A stretch of 63,566 nucleotides of DNA, the filler included, from an uncultured Myxococcia bacterium (GTDB taxonomy: Bacteria > CAZTWC01), in the NCBI GenBank assembly GCA_964617105.1. It is 3 parts of 3 records of this genome, joined end to end, with 100 filler letters (N's around TTAATTAATTAA, not from the genome) between each part and the next. Parts side by side here need not be neighbours in the genome. Positions count along the whole stretch, not along the records: positions 1 to 13,037 come from CAZTWC010000002.1; positions 13,138 to 43,539 come from CAZTWC010000010.1; 1 more part is not named here. One strand, given 5' to 3'. The stretch's first letter is position 1. The number at the start of each line of letters is the position of its first letter. Positions 9,288-20,082 of this stretch are shown here, in pieces. The translations under genes and the position numbers were made by a program. Below the pieces are notes generated by a model, which did no database searches, had not been told where the DNA came from, and saw only the letters and a list, made by a program, of their open reading frames with translations.

Positions 9288-9917
9288 TCATTTAGCTTTG
9301 GCTAACTCTATCTTCTTCAGAGCCGCTAAAATAAAACCCAATCCCAAAAAGGCACCAGGAGGAAGTATCATTACTATAATCGGAGCAAAACCTGCTCCTT
9401 TTAAAAGATCAAACTGGACAATGGTTTCTCCCAATTGAAACAGAGTGAGGGTACCACTGCCCAAAATTTCCCGCACTGCCGCCAACATAAACAAAGCAAG
9501 GGTAAAACCTATACCCATGGCAACGCCGTCTACTATTGAGATCAACAGGCTATTTTTACTGGCAAAGGCTTCGGCCCGTCCCAAAATAATGCAGTTCACC
9601 ACTATCAATGGTATAAACAGTCCCAGGGCAGCGTGCAAATCTGGTAAAAAAGCGGCTAACACCAGGTCGGTGATAGTCACGAAGGTGGCAATAATCACGA
9701 TAAAGCAGGGAATCCTCACCTTGGGAGGAATAAAATTTCTAATCAAAGAGATAACAATATTGGAACATATAAGCACAAAGGAGGCCGCCACTCCCATGCC
9801 CAACCCGTTGTATGCGCTGGTGGTCACTGCCAACAGGGGACACATCCCCAGCATCATCATGAACACCGGATTTTCAGTCCAAACTCCCTTGACTATAACC
9901 TCTGAATATTTACTCAT
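9288..9917 (-). CDS. rnfE: Rnf complex subunit E
   Basis: ENPVF..LGMCPLLAVT, FIPLIVVNCIILGRAEAFA, LPPGAF. Confidence 0.95.
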   Translation of the reverse strand: MSKYSEVIVKGVWTENPVFMMMLGMCPLLAVTTSAYNGLGMGVAASFVLICSNIVISLIRNFIPPKVRIPCFIVIIATFVTITDLVLAAFLPDLHAALGLFIPLIVVNCIILGRAEAFASKNSLLISIVDGVAMGIGFTLALFMLAAVREILGSGTLTLFQLGETIVQFDLLKGAGFAPIIVMILPPGAFLGLGFILAALKKIELAKAK

Positions 9918-9932
9918 GGCTGGTTTAACTCC

Positions 9933-10541
9933 TTATTTCAATTGTCCAATGATCTCTGACTTGTGCTCCTTAAAAAAAGCCAACCCCTCGCCCATGGCTT
10001 TAAGCAAGGCTCTGGGAGTAATGGTGGCGCCGGTTATCTGGTCAAATTTCCCCCCATCCTTTTTTACCTTCCAGACAGTATTTTCCAGAGTCAAACCCTT
10101 TTGGGGCGAAAACTGCTCCAAAAACTCCTTCTCTCCCATGCGGGCGCCCAATCCGGGAGTCTCCTTATGCTCCATCACTTTTAGACCGTATATTTTACCC
10201 TGGTCCGGTTCCAGTCCAATAATAAACCTGATCAAACCGCTGTAACCCTCCCTGGTATCCCACTGAAAAGCCACGCCATTGATCTTTCCGCCCTTTTTAC
10301 CCAGATAGAAATCGGTAAAAAGATCCCGCCCTTTTTTGTCCTGACCGATTTTGAGGGCAACTTTCTCTGCACCCGGATTATTATCAAATAAGGGCAGCAC
10401 TTTTTTTAGGGCTCTCTTTAGCGCCAACTCTTTCTGCTTTTTTATTGGTCCCTCGGTCTTGGCATTGACAAAGGCCAAAAGACCGCTGGTGGCCATACAG
10501 ATTATCACCAGCACAAGCGTCATTTTAACTATATTCATCAT
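9933..10541 (-). CDS. rnfG: Rnf complex subunit G
   Basis: N-terminal TM, GYSG, HKETPGLG, ITGAT FMN site. Confidence 0.95.
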   Translation of the reverse strand: MMNIVKMTLVLVIICMATSGLLAFVNAKTEGPIKKQKELALKRALKKVLPLFDNNPGAEKVALKIGQDKKGRDLFTDFYLGKKGGKINGVAFQWDTREGYSGLIRFIIGLEPDQGKIYGLKVMEHKETPGLGARMGEKEFLEQFSPQKGLTLENTVWKVKKDGGKFDQITGATITPRALLKAMGEGLAFFKEHKSEIIGQLK

Positions 10542-10593
10542 GGAAACTTCTCCCTAAAAAAACCAAAATGGGCCCGCAATTATAATGCCGGGT

Positions 10594-11670
10594 TCATGTT
10601 AGCCTTTTAAATCCAAAAATCCTGGGCCGGGTATAGTTGTCAATAATAGGGGTGGCGGAGTTCATTAGTAAAATAGCAAAAGAAACTCCCTCGGGGTAAC
10701 CACCAAACATCCTGATTACTATGGTTATCAAACCGCAACCCACCCCAAAAATTATCTTTCCCAAAGGGTATATGGGAGTGGTCACATAATCGGTGGCCAT
10801 GAAAAAAGCACCAATAATAGCACCGCCAGTTATTAGGTGAAAAATCGGACCAGCATACTTATCTGGGTCCACCTGCTGAAAAATCAGCGCCATTATAGCC
10901 ATAGTGGCTAAAAATGAAATTGGAATGTGCCAAGTAATGATCCCCCGGAAAATTAAAAACAGTCCACCCAGCAATAAAAACAGGGCCGATATTTCTCCCA
11001 GGCTACCGCTCTCTTTAAAACCGGTAAAAAAATCGAGTAAATTCAAATTGGCAACCGCCTTGGCGCCCTTCTCTTTTAAAATCCCCAAAGGGCTGGCAGA
11101 GGTAATAACATCTACCTGATTAGGGCTAATCTCGGTCTTGGCATCCACCATCTTGCCGTCTATCGTATTAATAACCGCGCTCTGCTCTAAAAAACGTCCC
11201 TGGGCAGTCTTTATCTCTTGATAATCCATGGGCACCGCCCACATAGTCATCTGCACCGGAAAGGCGATTAGCAGGAAAACTCTGGCCACCAAAGCCGGAT
11301 TATACAGATTGTAGCCCAGCCCTCCAAAGACCTGCTTGGCAATAAATACAGCAATAAAGGAACCTGCCAGGCATAGCCACCAGGGAGAAGATGGGGGCAT
11401 ATTCAAGGCTAGCAACAATCCAGTCAGGGCGGCGGAACCATCTTTTACGGTTATAGGTTTTTTCATCAGTTTCTGAATCAACACCTCAAAACCTACTGCC
11501 GCCAGGGTGGTCAACAAAATAACCTTCACCGCCATGAAGCCAAAAGCCCAAACCCCTACCAGGGTTGCCGGCACCAGGGCGAAGAAAACGGTCCACATTA
11601 TTTTCTCAACACTGTTGCCGCTATGCACATGGGGAGAAGATGTTAGAATTAATTTTTCCGCTTTTTCCAT
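10594..11670 (-). CDS. rnfD: Rnf complex subunit D
   Basis: SSPH, KQVFGGLGYN, GAFFMATDYVT, GYPEG. Confidence 0.95.
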   Translation of the reverse strand: MEKAEKLILTSSPHVHSGNSVEKIMWTVFFALVPATLVGVWAFGFMAVKVILLTTLAAVGFEVLIQKLMKKPITVKDGSAALTGLLLALNMPPSSPWWLCLAGSFIAVFIAKQVFGGLGYNLYNPALVARVFLLIAFPVQMTMWAVPMDYQEIKTAQGRFLEQSAVINTIDGKMVDAKTEISPNQVDVITSASPLGILKEKGAKAVANLNLLDFFTGFKESGSLGEISALFLLLGGLFLIFRGIITWHIPISFLATMAIMALIFQQVDPDKYAGPIFHLITGGAIIGAFFMATDYVTTPIYPLGKIIFGVGCGLITIVIRMFGGYPEGVSFAILLMNSATPIIDNYTRPRIFGFKRLT

Positions 11671-11677
11671 GGTTGGC

Positions 11678-13000
11678 TCAACCCTCCTTTTTTCTGCTGG
11701 CCATTATCTCCCCCTTGGCCCGCTTGATAAAGTGAACCAGGGGTCGGTTTGAGGGGCATACAAAAGAGCAACTACCACACTCCATACAGTCCAGGGTATT
11801 AACTCTTTCACAATCTTCAAATCGGGACAGTTCGGCATAAATACCAATCTCATTGGGCACCAGCATCAATGGACAAGCCTGAACACACTGCCCGCACCTT
11901 ATACACTGGAGATATTCAAAAGAGCGGAGATCTACCTGGGCCTGCACCAGTATACCAGAGGTACCTTTGGTTATGGGCACCTGGTCATTCAACTGGGCCA
12001 TGCCCATCATGGGACCACCGGAGATGATTTTACCGGCGTCATCTTTCAGGCCGCCGCAAAAATCGATAGCTTCCTGAAAACTGGTGCCAATCCGCACTTT
12101 AAGGTTAGCCGGCCTGGATACTGCGCTGCCAGTCACTGTGGTAATCCGCTCAATCAATGGATAACCATGATATATAGCATCGTAAATAGCGGTGGTGGTG
12201 CCAACATTGTGCACCAGGGCACCCACATCCATGGGCAGTCCGCCAGAAGGCACCTGTCTATCTAAAAGAGCGTTTATAAGTTGCTTTTCAGCGCCCTGGG
12301 GATATTTTACCTGCAGTTCCGCCACCTGGATCTCTTTCTGGCCGGCGAGTTTCTCATTGAATAGAGAAATGGCATCGGGTTTGTTATTTTCAATGCCGAT
12401 ATAACCGCTTTTAACCCCCAAAATATACATTATTATTTTTAAACCTTGGATCACCTTATCCGGTTGTTCCAGCATCAGACGGTGATCGGCGGTCAGGAAA
12501 GGCTCACACTCCGCCCCGTTTATAATAACTGTATCAATGGCTTTTTCCTTGGGAGGACTCAATTTGACATGAGTGGGAAAAGTGGCTCCCCCCATACCCA
12601 CCACTCCGGCAGCACTGATCATATCCACCAGTTTATTGATATCTTGAGAAAATGGGTCATCTATCCCCTTGATAGATTCATCCCATTCATCCTCTCCATC
12701 CACTTCGATAATAACCGCTGGTAAACTCTTTCCCAATGGGTGCGGGTGGTTGACCACGTCCTTCACTTTGCCAGAGGTGGGTGCGTGCACCGGAGAGCTG
12801 ACAAAAGCCTGAACCTCCCCTATTTTTTGTCCCTTTTTGACCTCTTCTTTTTTCTTAACCAGCGCCTGACTGGGAACACCTATATGCTGAGACAGGGGGA
12901 TAGCATAGGTTTTTCCCAGGGGCATCTCCTCTATGGCAGCCCCTTCGGTCCATTGCTTATTTTCGGGCGGATGAACTCCGTGCTTGAAAGTAAAACTCAC
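11678..13000 (-). CDS. rnfC: Rnf complex subunit C
   Basis: GMGGATFPTHVK, NGAECEP, two CxxCxxCxxxCP motifs; GTG start. Confidence 0.95.
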   Translation of the reverse strand: MSFTFKHGVHPPENKQWTEGAAIEEMPLGKTYAIPLSQHIGVPSQALVKKKEEVKKGQKIGEVQAFVSSPVHAPTSGKVKDVVNHPHPLGKSLPAVIIEVDGEDEWDESIKGIDDPFSQDINKLVDMISAAGVVGMGGATFPTHVKLSPPKEKAIDTVIINGAECEPFLTADHRLMLEQPDKVIQGLKIIMYILGVKSGYIGIENNKPDAISLFNEKLAGQKEIQVAELQVKYPQGAEKQLINALLDRQVPSGGLPMDVGALVHNVGTTTAIYDAIYHGYPLIERITTVTGSAVSRPANLKVRIGTSFQEAIDFCGGLKDDAGKIISGGPMMGMAQLNDQVPITKGTSGILVQAQVDLRSFEYLQCIRCGQCVQACPLMLVPNEIGIYAELSRFEDCERVNTLDCMECGSCSFVCPSNRPLVHFIKRAKGEIMASRKKEG

Positions 13001-13037
13001 CTGGTTTCTCCTTTATCCTTTATCTTTCGGTGGTCTA

Positions 13038-13137
13038 NNNNNNNNNNNNNNNNNNNNNNNNNNNNNNNNNNNNNNNNNNNNTTAATTAATTAANNNNNNN
13101 NNNNNNNNNNNNNNNNNNNNNNNNNNNNNNNNNNNNN
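13038..13137. other. Artificial contig linker
   Basis: N run + TTAATTAATTAA (stops in all six frames) + N run. Confidence 0.97.
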
Positions 13138-14690
13138 GAGATTCCCTCTTTGGTGCTGCCATACTGAAAACGGTCCATCTCTTTTCCTTCAGCATTATAG
13201 AGGGAGACAACCTCACGGTAGTTGTTCAGGCTCAGGGAGCCGGAGGAGGAACTAATGGCATTTTCAAGGGATTTATTGGTATCATAGGTTCCAAAAATCA
13301 CTACCGCCTCACCGGGATTCAGCAGTAAATTGGAGAAGATGTGCCGGGAATCGTTTCTAGCATCGCCGATTTTCCAGCCGCTGATATCCACTAGCACTTC
13401 GGAGATGTTGACCAACTCCACATATTCATTCAAGCGTTCATCTCCTACTGGATTGGACATAATCTCGTTCATCACCACTATGCCGGGGCGATCTTTACAG
13501 GGTTCCGGGGCAGGACCAGCATATTTACTGTGGGGGTTGGCAACTTTAAAAATTTTACAAAACTCCTGTTTATAAAGGGTAATCAGCGAAGGCTGGCGCA
13601 GAAAAATGAAATTTTCGTCATTGTACCTGGTGGCTGATTTGGACCAGTTGTAACTGCCGGTTACAACCCCGCCGTTTTTACTTACCGGGTCGATGATCAT
13701 CACTTTATGGTGCAGTTTACCACCCGCAAATCCTCTTATGTTTTCATTGCCGTCAATATAAATTGGTAATCCAGCCTTGGCCAGGTGGTCATCAGCCGAG
13801 TAGCGGCTGCGAGCCTGGGATTTGTCAAAAATTCCTACTACTTTTACTCCTCGATGGTGGGCGTTGAGAAGGGCTTCTCGTAAATCTTTGTGTGTGAAGG
13901 AAAAGACCATAAAGTAGATTTCATTTTTAGCATTGTTAACTTTTTGAACGATGCTGTTGAGGGCCCCGTCCTTGGGGGAGAAATGGATCTCCACTTCGCT
14001 ATTGTCAAAGGTTACCGATTGAACCGGAGTTACATCCACTTTTTTGCGGCCAAATCTCTTTTTGGAATACATCTCGTCAAACTCTAAGGCAAAGATATTG
14101 GCTATCTCTGGCGAGTCTATCAGAATGGCATTGTTGTTGTTCATCATAATACCGTTGTTGGTAATATTGGTAGAACCGGTCCACAAGTAGCGTAGGTCAA
14201 CTACCACAAACTTGTTGTGCATAATCCGATCGCGGGGACGGCGCATACTGATCTTGATACCCGCCTTGATTAGCTCTTCATACCCCAGGTCGTGAATCTC
14301 GTCACCATCACCCACCATTTTTACCGTCACTCCCCGGTTGAGCGCTCCTAACATGGCATCGATCACTATTTGCCGGTTAAACTCGTATAAACAGGCCAGA
14401 ATTTCATCTTCTGCACTGTTAATCAGGTTAACCAGAGCATCGTCCAACTCTGGATCAACTCCTTCCCCTTTTTTAGTACCTGGATCAGTAAAATAGATCT
14501 CCAGGTGAGGCAACTGTCCGCTGGTTACCGCCTGCTGGGATTGAGCATCTCCAGCAGCGCTGAATTGGGCTGAAACATCTTTCCCATCACTTTTCCCCTT
14601 TTGACAACCAGAAAGGGCTGCCAAAAGTAAGGAGATTAGAAACAGGGCAAAATAGAACTTTACTTGGGGGCTAATTTTTTTTCTATTCAT
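13138..14690 (-). CDS. Lipoprotein with two PLD/Nuc-like HKD domains and a lamin-tail domain (likely secreted nuclease or phospholipase), 3' truncated at contig end
   Basis: Lipobox LSGC; HNKFVVVD..GSTN and HHKVMIID..GSYN; LTD motif VMNEIMSNP..EYVELVN..DISGW. Confidence 0.85.
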
Positions 14691-17600
14691 CGTAATATTC
14701 TCATCACAAAAGAGTTACTGGTTAAGTTATCACCTCTAACACTAACTGCCAGGTAAAACAGCCCTTCACCACCTTCTGGCACAGTATATTCCAGATTTTC
14801 CGGATCAGCTGCTCCTCCCAGATCTACACATTTAATTGGAATAGCAGTCTTGGTGCAGGCGGGCAACAGAGAAAGAGCCACATCTTCAGTATCAAAAGCC
14901 ACTACCGCCCCCAGCCACTCTTTCTCTTTCAGGTAAATGGGGATGATAAAATCGGGGCCATTCCAGTTTTCCTGGGAGCAGGATGAATCTACCAGGTCAT
15001 GGTCATTAAACGCGGCCACTGAACCAAAATAGAGGCCATCTTCGATAGGACCCATTATGCCAATTTGTTCACACGAATCCAGGGGAGTGATGTTGCCAGC
15101 AACCTCAAAAGCATTGGCAGCCACCACTTTTTCACTACCCTGATTAACTGCTACCGGGCGTTTTCCCATGGGCGCAGCGGTCTCAACACTAAGCAAAAGA
15201 GATACCTGGTTGCTGTTTTCCAGGCTGTATTCTACGTTGTTAACCGTAATTCCCATGCCAAAATCAAAAGAGGCGCTTCCTGGAGTAAAATTCCATTCAT
15301 GGTTGGTTAAGGTAACAGTGCCAGATCCTCCTTGTACCAGATAGTCAGGCTCTATGGTTATGGGGCTTAAGGGCCTGATTTGCACAAAGGCGGACACGGT
15401 ATCGGAAAATTTATCATCCAGAGCCAAAACTCCCAGATAAAAGGTGCCTCCTTTGACCGATTCATTGTAGATACTCTCTTTGCCGCCAAAAAGACTGTCA
15501 TTCGAACAGGTTATCTCATTTTGGCCACACTCCTGGTGCAGGGTAAGGGTCAGATCATAATTTAAAGGTGATACTTCAACAAACAGTGATGAGTTGGCCG
15601 GCACATCTACCCGGAAAAAGCGGGCGCTGGTTACCTCCTCTTCAGACAGGCAGTTGGAGGATATTTGCCTGATAACATTGTCGGGGGTTACAGCCCCTTG
15701 ATAACAGCCTGCAATCAGGGCTTCTGACATGGTGGCTTTTTCGCAACTTGGTTGGCCTTGAAAATTATTATTCAGGTAAAAACCATCTTTTACCGTGTAT
15801 TTTATAGAGCCGTCATTAATAATAATATCCCGATAGCAGGTTTTGGCTTCGGGAGCGATATTCAGATACGCTCGGTATTCCTTGCCGGTTTCCGACTCTT
15901 TTACCAGTTTTTCCACTGTAACTCCCGGTCCCATATCTACCTGTAGATTGTCACCATCAAAAGATTGGTGAGGGTTTAACAACTGGATGGTCATAATAGA
16001 GTCGGTTTTGCCCTTCTCTGGTTCAATGGCCACCTCCCGGGCCCGGATAAAATTAAGCCAGTTTATATTTTCGGCCCTAAACAGGATTTGTCCCTCTTTG
16101 ACCGGCATTATCTGTTCACTCATTCTGGATATAGCCACCCAGACACTGCGGCTGCCCAGATTGTCCAGGTCAGAGTCGGCAATGGTGTATTGACCAGAGT
16201 CTGGTATTCTTTCAGCATAGCCAAAATTATCGCCGAATACGGTTATCAGCATACTGGTTTCAATTCCCTTTGACTGTGGTGAAGAAGGCCTCCAGTGTAA
16301 GGTGATATCATCATCAACAGTTTTTACCTGCACCGCCTCCTGGTTAATTTCAAGGATTTTTAAAGGCTCAGGAATATAAACCGGATAGAGCACTGCATTG
16401 GCTATATCAGGACCTCCTTCAATGGTTACTTTCTGCCAACCGCTGGGGATCACGTCCTGAATGGTACGTTGCTCATCCGTAGATTCATAATAGGTGATCC
16501 CTTTGCTTACCTGGTAATCTTCCACTAAAGAGGCGGTAAGGAAATTACCCAGGCTGATGTTGTTGCCAGCGTTTAAAAACTGATTTCCAGCTGGATCCCA
16601 GGGAAAAGCTTTCATGTCGATATTTATCTTTTCACCCATGGCGGGTAATTGCCAACTTCCGTAGGTATTAAAGGTTTGAATTCCCTGGTAGGGGAGGTAG
16701 GCCACTGGATCTATAATCCCGCTGCTGGCCGCCTCCTGGGAGAACAGAGCGTGCAAAAAATATTCTTTGTCGTTATTTACTTCAGTATCAAAGTGAACAT
16801 AACGGATCATGCCCAGTAGTTTGGCTGAATCTTTCACATCAAAGGGGTTGCTGTTTATATCCGGCAAATTTTCTGCCAAGCCTGCAAGTGTGTATCCAAC
16901 TCCCGGTTGATCAATCTTAAGATCGGTAAAAGACGCCACTCCTTGCCTGGAAATAGTTTTTAGCGTTCCAGAGAGGGCGCCGCCAGAAGGGTTGTGATTG
17001 ATTTTAATCTCCACTTCAGCAGAGGTTTCCCGGTTGATGTTTCCATAATCGTCCTCCAGGGTTATCTCCACATAGGGGATTAACCGGGCGCCTGGTATAG
17101 CGCTGGCCGGTTGGGTCCTGAAGTTGAGTTTAGTCGCCGCCTCCGGTTTGATGGAGAAAGTGCTGCTGCTCAGGGGAGGCAAATTGCCCCATTCGGCTTG
17201 AATTTGATAGTTTTTACCCGCCTTATGGAGATTCAAGTCATTAAAGGTGGCCAGGCCGTTTTGCACGGTTGCCTCTATCTGTCCATTGACCTGGGCGTGA
17301 CCATCAGTGGTGACCTGATTGATCTTTACCTTATCGGCAGTTGGGACCAGAGCACGGTTGCCAAAACTGTCAAATAGGGCTATTTCCACTGGGGCGGGGA
17401 ATATTTGGCCGGCTATCGAATCTTGCGGTTGGGTCTTAAATTCCAGTTTTTTAGGTTGAGCCGGTTTAATCTCAAATGGCTGGCTCTCTCCTGGAGTCAG
17501 GGTTGATGCAGATGCCAGCAGAGTATAATTTCCGCTTTTTTTCAATATCAAATTACTAAAAGTCGCCACCCCCTGAAGGGTTTTCTTAGTTAATTCTCCA

Positions 17601-19762
17601 TCCAGGGTTACCCCCTCTTGCCCGTTTTTAATGGCCAGAGTTATGTCGATGAGATCAGAGGGCACCAGGTTGCCAAAAGCATCCTGGATACTAATTTCAA
17701 TGGTTGGAGCGATATTAACACCGGCTTCGGTTGCCATAGGTTGGCTCTCAAAAACCAGTTTGGCAGCCGGGGCTGGAGTGATAGTTATGGGCTGGCTTTT
17801 TATGGTGGCTAAATTCAGCGTCTGGGCAGTAAATTGATAATTACCGCTTTTATTAAGTTTCAGATTGCTAAAAACCGCTATGCCATTTTGGGCTGCAACC
17901 TCTATGTCACCGCTTAGCCCCGCTTCCTGAACATCTTTATCCAGAACTAAAGAGACCTTTTGGTTGGCGGTTGAGACCAGGTTGTCAAATTGGTCGTGCA
18001 GCAAAATTTCTATGGGAGGATTTAATGTTTGCCCGGCCTCCACTTTTACCGGCTGGCTGGAAAAAACCAGTTTGGAAACCGCAGCCGGAGTGATATTAAA
18101 GGTGTTGCTGAAAGCACTGTCAATTCCCTGGCAAGTGGCTTTGAGCAGATAGTCTTTTCCTGCAGTAAAAAAGGTCAGTTCAGCAAAGGTTACTTTTCCC
18201 TGCTTTGAAACTGCCGGAAACTGGCCATCTATTTTAACCTGGCTGAAACCAGATCCCATACTTAGGTTCACCAGGTTTGCTCCGGTTTCATTCATATTGC
18301 CAAACTGGTCTTGTATGGCCAGGGTCACTGGGGTTTTGATTTTTTCTCCAGCCATGGTGCTGGCGGGTTGATCAATAAACACCAGTTTTTTCGCTGCCGC
18401 TGCCTTGATATTGAATTCTGTACTATCAGCAGTGGTCAATTTGGTTGACTTGGCCTGTAAAATATATTTCCCTTTGAAAGAAATAACCAGGTCGGAAAAG
18501 GATGCCACCCCTTTTTGGCTTTTTACTTTAATAGCGCCCTGCAAAGCTGTGCCTGCCGCCGCTTTGGCCAGGTTTAGAGTTATTTCATGGTCGGTTTGGC
18601 TAACCAGGTTTTTAAATTTGTCCATCACCCCCACTTTAATAATGGGCGATATCTTGGTGCCAGCTATAGCGTTTTGGGGCTGTTCAATAAATTTCAACCC
18701 CATTGCTTTGGCCGGCAAAATTGCAAATGGCTGGCTGATAGCAGTGACAATATCGGGCGACGAGGCTATCAATTTGAATTCCTGGCCGGCTGTTTCCATG
18801 ACCAAATCTGTAAAAGTCGCCACCCCTTTTTTACTAGAAGACTTTAGAGTGCCCTTTAGTTTTGTGCCGGGAGGTGCGGTAGAGGTGGATAGAGAAAGAG
18901 TTATATCTATGGATTCATCAATAATTAAATTTCCAAACCGGTCTGTAACATTCACCTGCAAGGCGGGATTTATTTGCTCACCAGCTATGGTATTATCAGC
19001 CGGTTCTACTTTAAACTGCAGTTTTGCCGCCACTGGTTCCATAATTTTAAAAGTTTCACTGGAAATTTCAGGCAAACTATCGGTTTTAGCGGCAAAGGTA
19101 TAGGAGCCTAATTGTTCAATTACCAGGTCGGAAAAAACGGCAATACCCTCTGCTACTTTTATTGATGAAGTGCCGATTATTTTTCCCTTAGACATGGTTA
19201 TTTTAATAGATTTATCAGCACTTTTAACCAGGTTTTTAAAAGCGTCCACTACCGCCACCTGAACCGCCGGGGTAATGGGCGCTCCTGGAACCGTATCGCT
19301 GGGCTGTACCATAAAGGCCAGTGATGCGGCAGGTCCAGGTATAAACTGCACCGTCTTTTCAGCCTCCAGAACCACCTGGTCCTGGCCGGGGTTGATAATG
19401 GCCTTCACATTTAAGGCCCCACTTTTTTGGCAAACAATAGTTGCCTTTACCACGCCCTCTTGGCCGGTTAAAGCCACTTCCGGGTCTATTTTAACCGGCA
19501 TTTCGGTTTCAGAAACAGAGATTTGGACAATTTGTCCTGCCAAAGGCTGGCCGTCATTATCTTTTACCGTGACCTGCACCGTGACCTGGTCTTCACCATT
19601 GGCCACCAGACCCGCGGTCTTGTCCAGGGAGATACTGGAGCTCTCTGAGTCTACATTCACTACCTCTGTTTTGGGGGGAGTGTCCCCTGATGAGCAGGCC
19701 ATGATGAATCCCATTAGGAACAGTGAAAAAATTAAACTGATGCTGATTGTGGTTGTTCTCAT
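14687..19762 (-). CDS. Giant surface lipoprotein: Big_1-like domain, 8 Ig-like repeats, Cys-containing C-terminal modules
   Basis: Lipobox IMAC; invasin-like ANGEDQVTVQVTVKD; eight ~105-aa units starting xLxFxx(Q/E)P..(A/P)G; ATGA overlap with the PLD gene. Confidence 0.8.
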   Translation of the reverse strand: MRTTTISISLIFSLFLMGFIMACSSGDTPPKTEVVNVDSESSSISLDKTAGLVANGEDQVTVQVTVKDNDGQPLAGQIVQISVSETEMPVKIDPEVALTGQEGVVKATIVCQKSGALNVKAIINPGQDQVVLEAEKTVQFIPGPAASLAFMVQPSDTVPGAPITPAVQVAVVDAFKNLVKSADKSIKITMSKGKIIGTSSIKVAEGIAVFSDLVIEQLGSYTFAAKTDSLPEISSETFKIMEPVAAKLQFKVEPADNTIAGEQINPALQVNVTDRFGNLIIDESIDITLSLSTSTAPPGTKLKGTLKSSSKKGVATFTDLVMETAGQEFKLIASSPDIVTAISQPFAILPAKAMGLKFIEQPQNAIAGTKISPIIKVGVMDKFKNLVSQTDHEITLNLAKAAAGTALQGAIKVKSQKGVASFSDLVISFKGKYILQAKSTKLTTADSTEFNIKAAAAKKLVFIDQPASTMAGEKIKTPVTLAIQDQFGNMNETGANLVNLSMGSGFSQVKIDGQFPAVSKQGKVTFAELTFFTAGKDYLLKATCQGIDSAFSNTFNITPAAVSKLVFSSQPVKVEAGQTLNPPIEILLHDQFDNLVSTANQKVSLVLDKDVQEAGLSGDIEVAAQNGIAVFSNLKLNKSGNYQFTAQTLNLATIKSQPITITPAPAAKLVFESQPMATEAGVNIAPTIEISIQDAFGNLVPSDLIDITLAIKNGQEGVTLDGELTKKTLQGVATFSNLILKKSGNYTLLASASTLTPGESQPFEIKPAQPKKLEFKTQPQDSIAGQIFPAPVEIALFDSFGNRALVPTADKVKINQVTTDGHAQVNGQIEATVQNGLATFNDLNLHKAGKNYQIQAEWGNLPPLSSSTFSIKPEAATKLNFRTQPASAIPGARLIPYVEITLEDDYGNINRETSAEVEIKINHNPSGGALSGTLKTISRQGVASFTDLKIDQPGVGYTLAGLAENLPDINSNPFDVKDSAKLLGMIRYVHFDTEVNNDKEYFLHALFSQEAASSGIIDPVAYLPYQGIQTFNTYGSWQLPAMGEKINIDMKAFPWDPAGNQFLNAGNNISLGNFLTASLVEDYQVSKGITYYESTDEQRTIQDVIPSGWQKVTIEGGPDIANAVLYPVYIPEPLKILEINQEAVQVKTVDDDITLHWRPSSPQSKGIETSMLITVFGDNFGYAERIPDSGQYTIADSDLDNLGSRSVWVAISRMSEQIMPVKEGQILFRAENINWLNFIRAREVAIEPEKGKTDSIMTIQLLNPHQSFDGDNLQVDMGPGVTVEKLVKESETGKEYRAYLNIAPEAKTCYRDIIINDGSIKYTVKDGFYLNNNFQGQPSCEKATMSEALIAGCYQGAVTPDNVIRQISSNCLSEEEVTSARFFRVDVPANSSLFVEVSPLNYDLTLTLHQECGQNEITCSNDSLFGGKESIYNESVKGGTFYLGVLALDDKFSDTVSAFVQIRPLSPITIEPDYLVQGGSGTVTLTNHEWNFTPGSASFDFGMGITVNNVEYSLENSNQVSLLLSVETAAPMGKRPVAVNQGSEKVVAANAFEVAGNITPLDSCEQIGIMGPIEDGLYFGSVAAFNDHDLVDSSCSQENWNGPDFIIPIYLKEKEWLGAVVAFDTEDVALSLLPACTKTAIPIKCVDLGGAADPENLEYTVPEGGEGLFYLAVSVRGDNLTSNSFVMRILR

Positions 19763-19998
19763 CTTGAAGTCCTTATCTTAATATTTAAGCGCTTCCGATT
19801 GATATGCCATGGAAGGTAAATCAACGCGAGCCGAAGACCAGGAGCCCGCCTAAGTTAATTTCCAAACAGACACTAATTAGTCACTTTATAACATTTTTTG
19901 GGATATATTCCATTAATAAATACAAACCAAAGTCATAGGATCACCCATCTACCTTCCACCCTGATTTTAGGCATTAAAAAATATCTATAAATAATTTT

Positions 19999-20027
19999 TT
20001 GACACCTATCCTACAGTGTAGTATAAA
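19999..20027 (+). promoter_or_regulatory. sigma70-type promoter with a palindrome in the spacer
   Basis: TTGACA-17 bp-TATAAA; CTACAGTGTAG at 20011-20021. Confidence 0.6.
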
Positions 20028-20082
20028 TGGATACATAAACACACACCGAACTACACGGTATTACATTGATAGGGAGGAAGAG

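Noticed and set aside
9445-10245. Long antisense ORFs (also 18405-19103, 53845-54408)
   Set aside because: Shadows of well-supported genes on the other strand with no motifs of their own
9068-13037. Rnf cluster lacking rnfA and rnfB
   Set aside because: The contig ends just upstream of rnfC, and a reading frame (..DHRKIKDKGETR*) overlaps the rnfC start, consistent with rnfAB lying beyond the break
13082-13093. TTAATTAATTAA palindrome (also 43584-43595)
   Set aside because: Artificial six-frame stop linker between contigs
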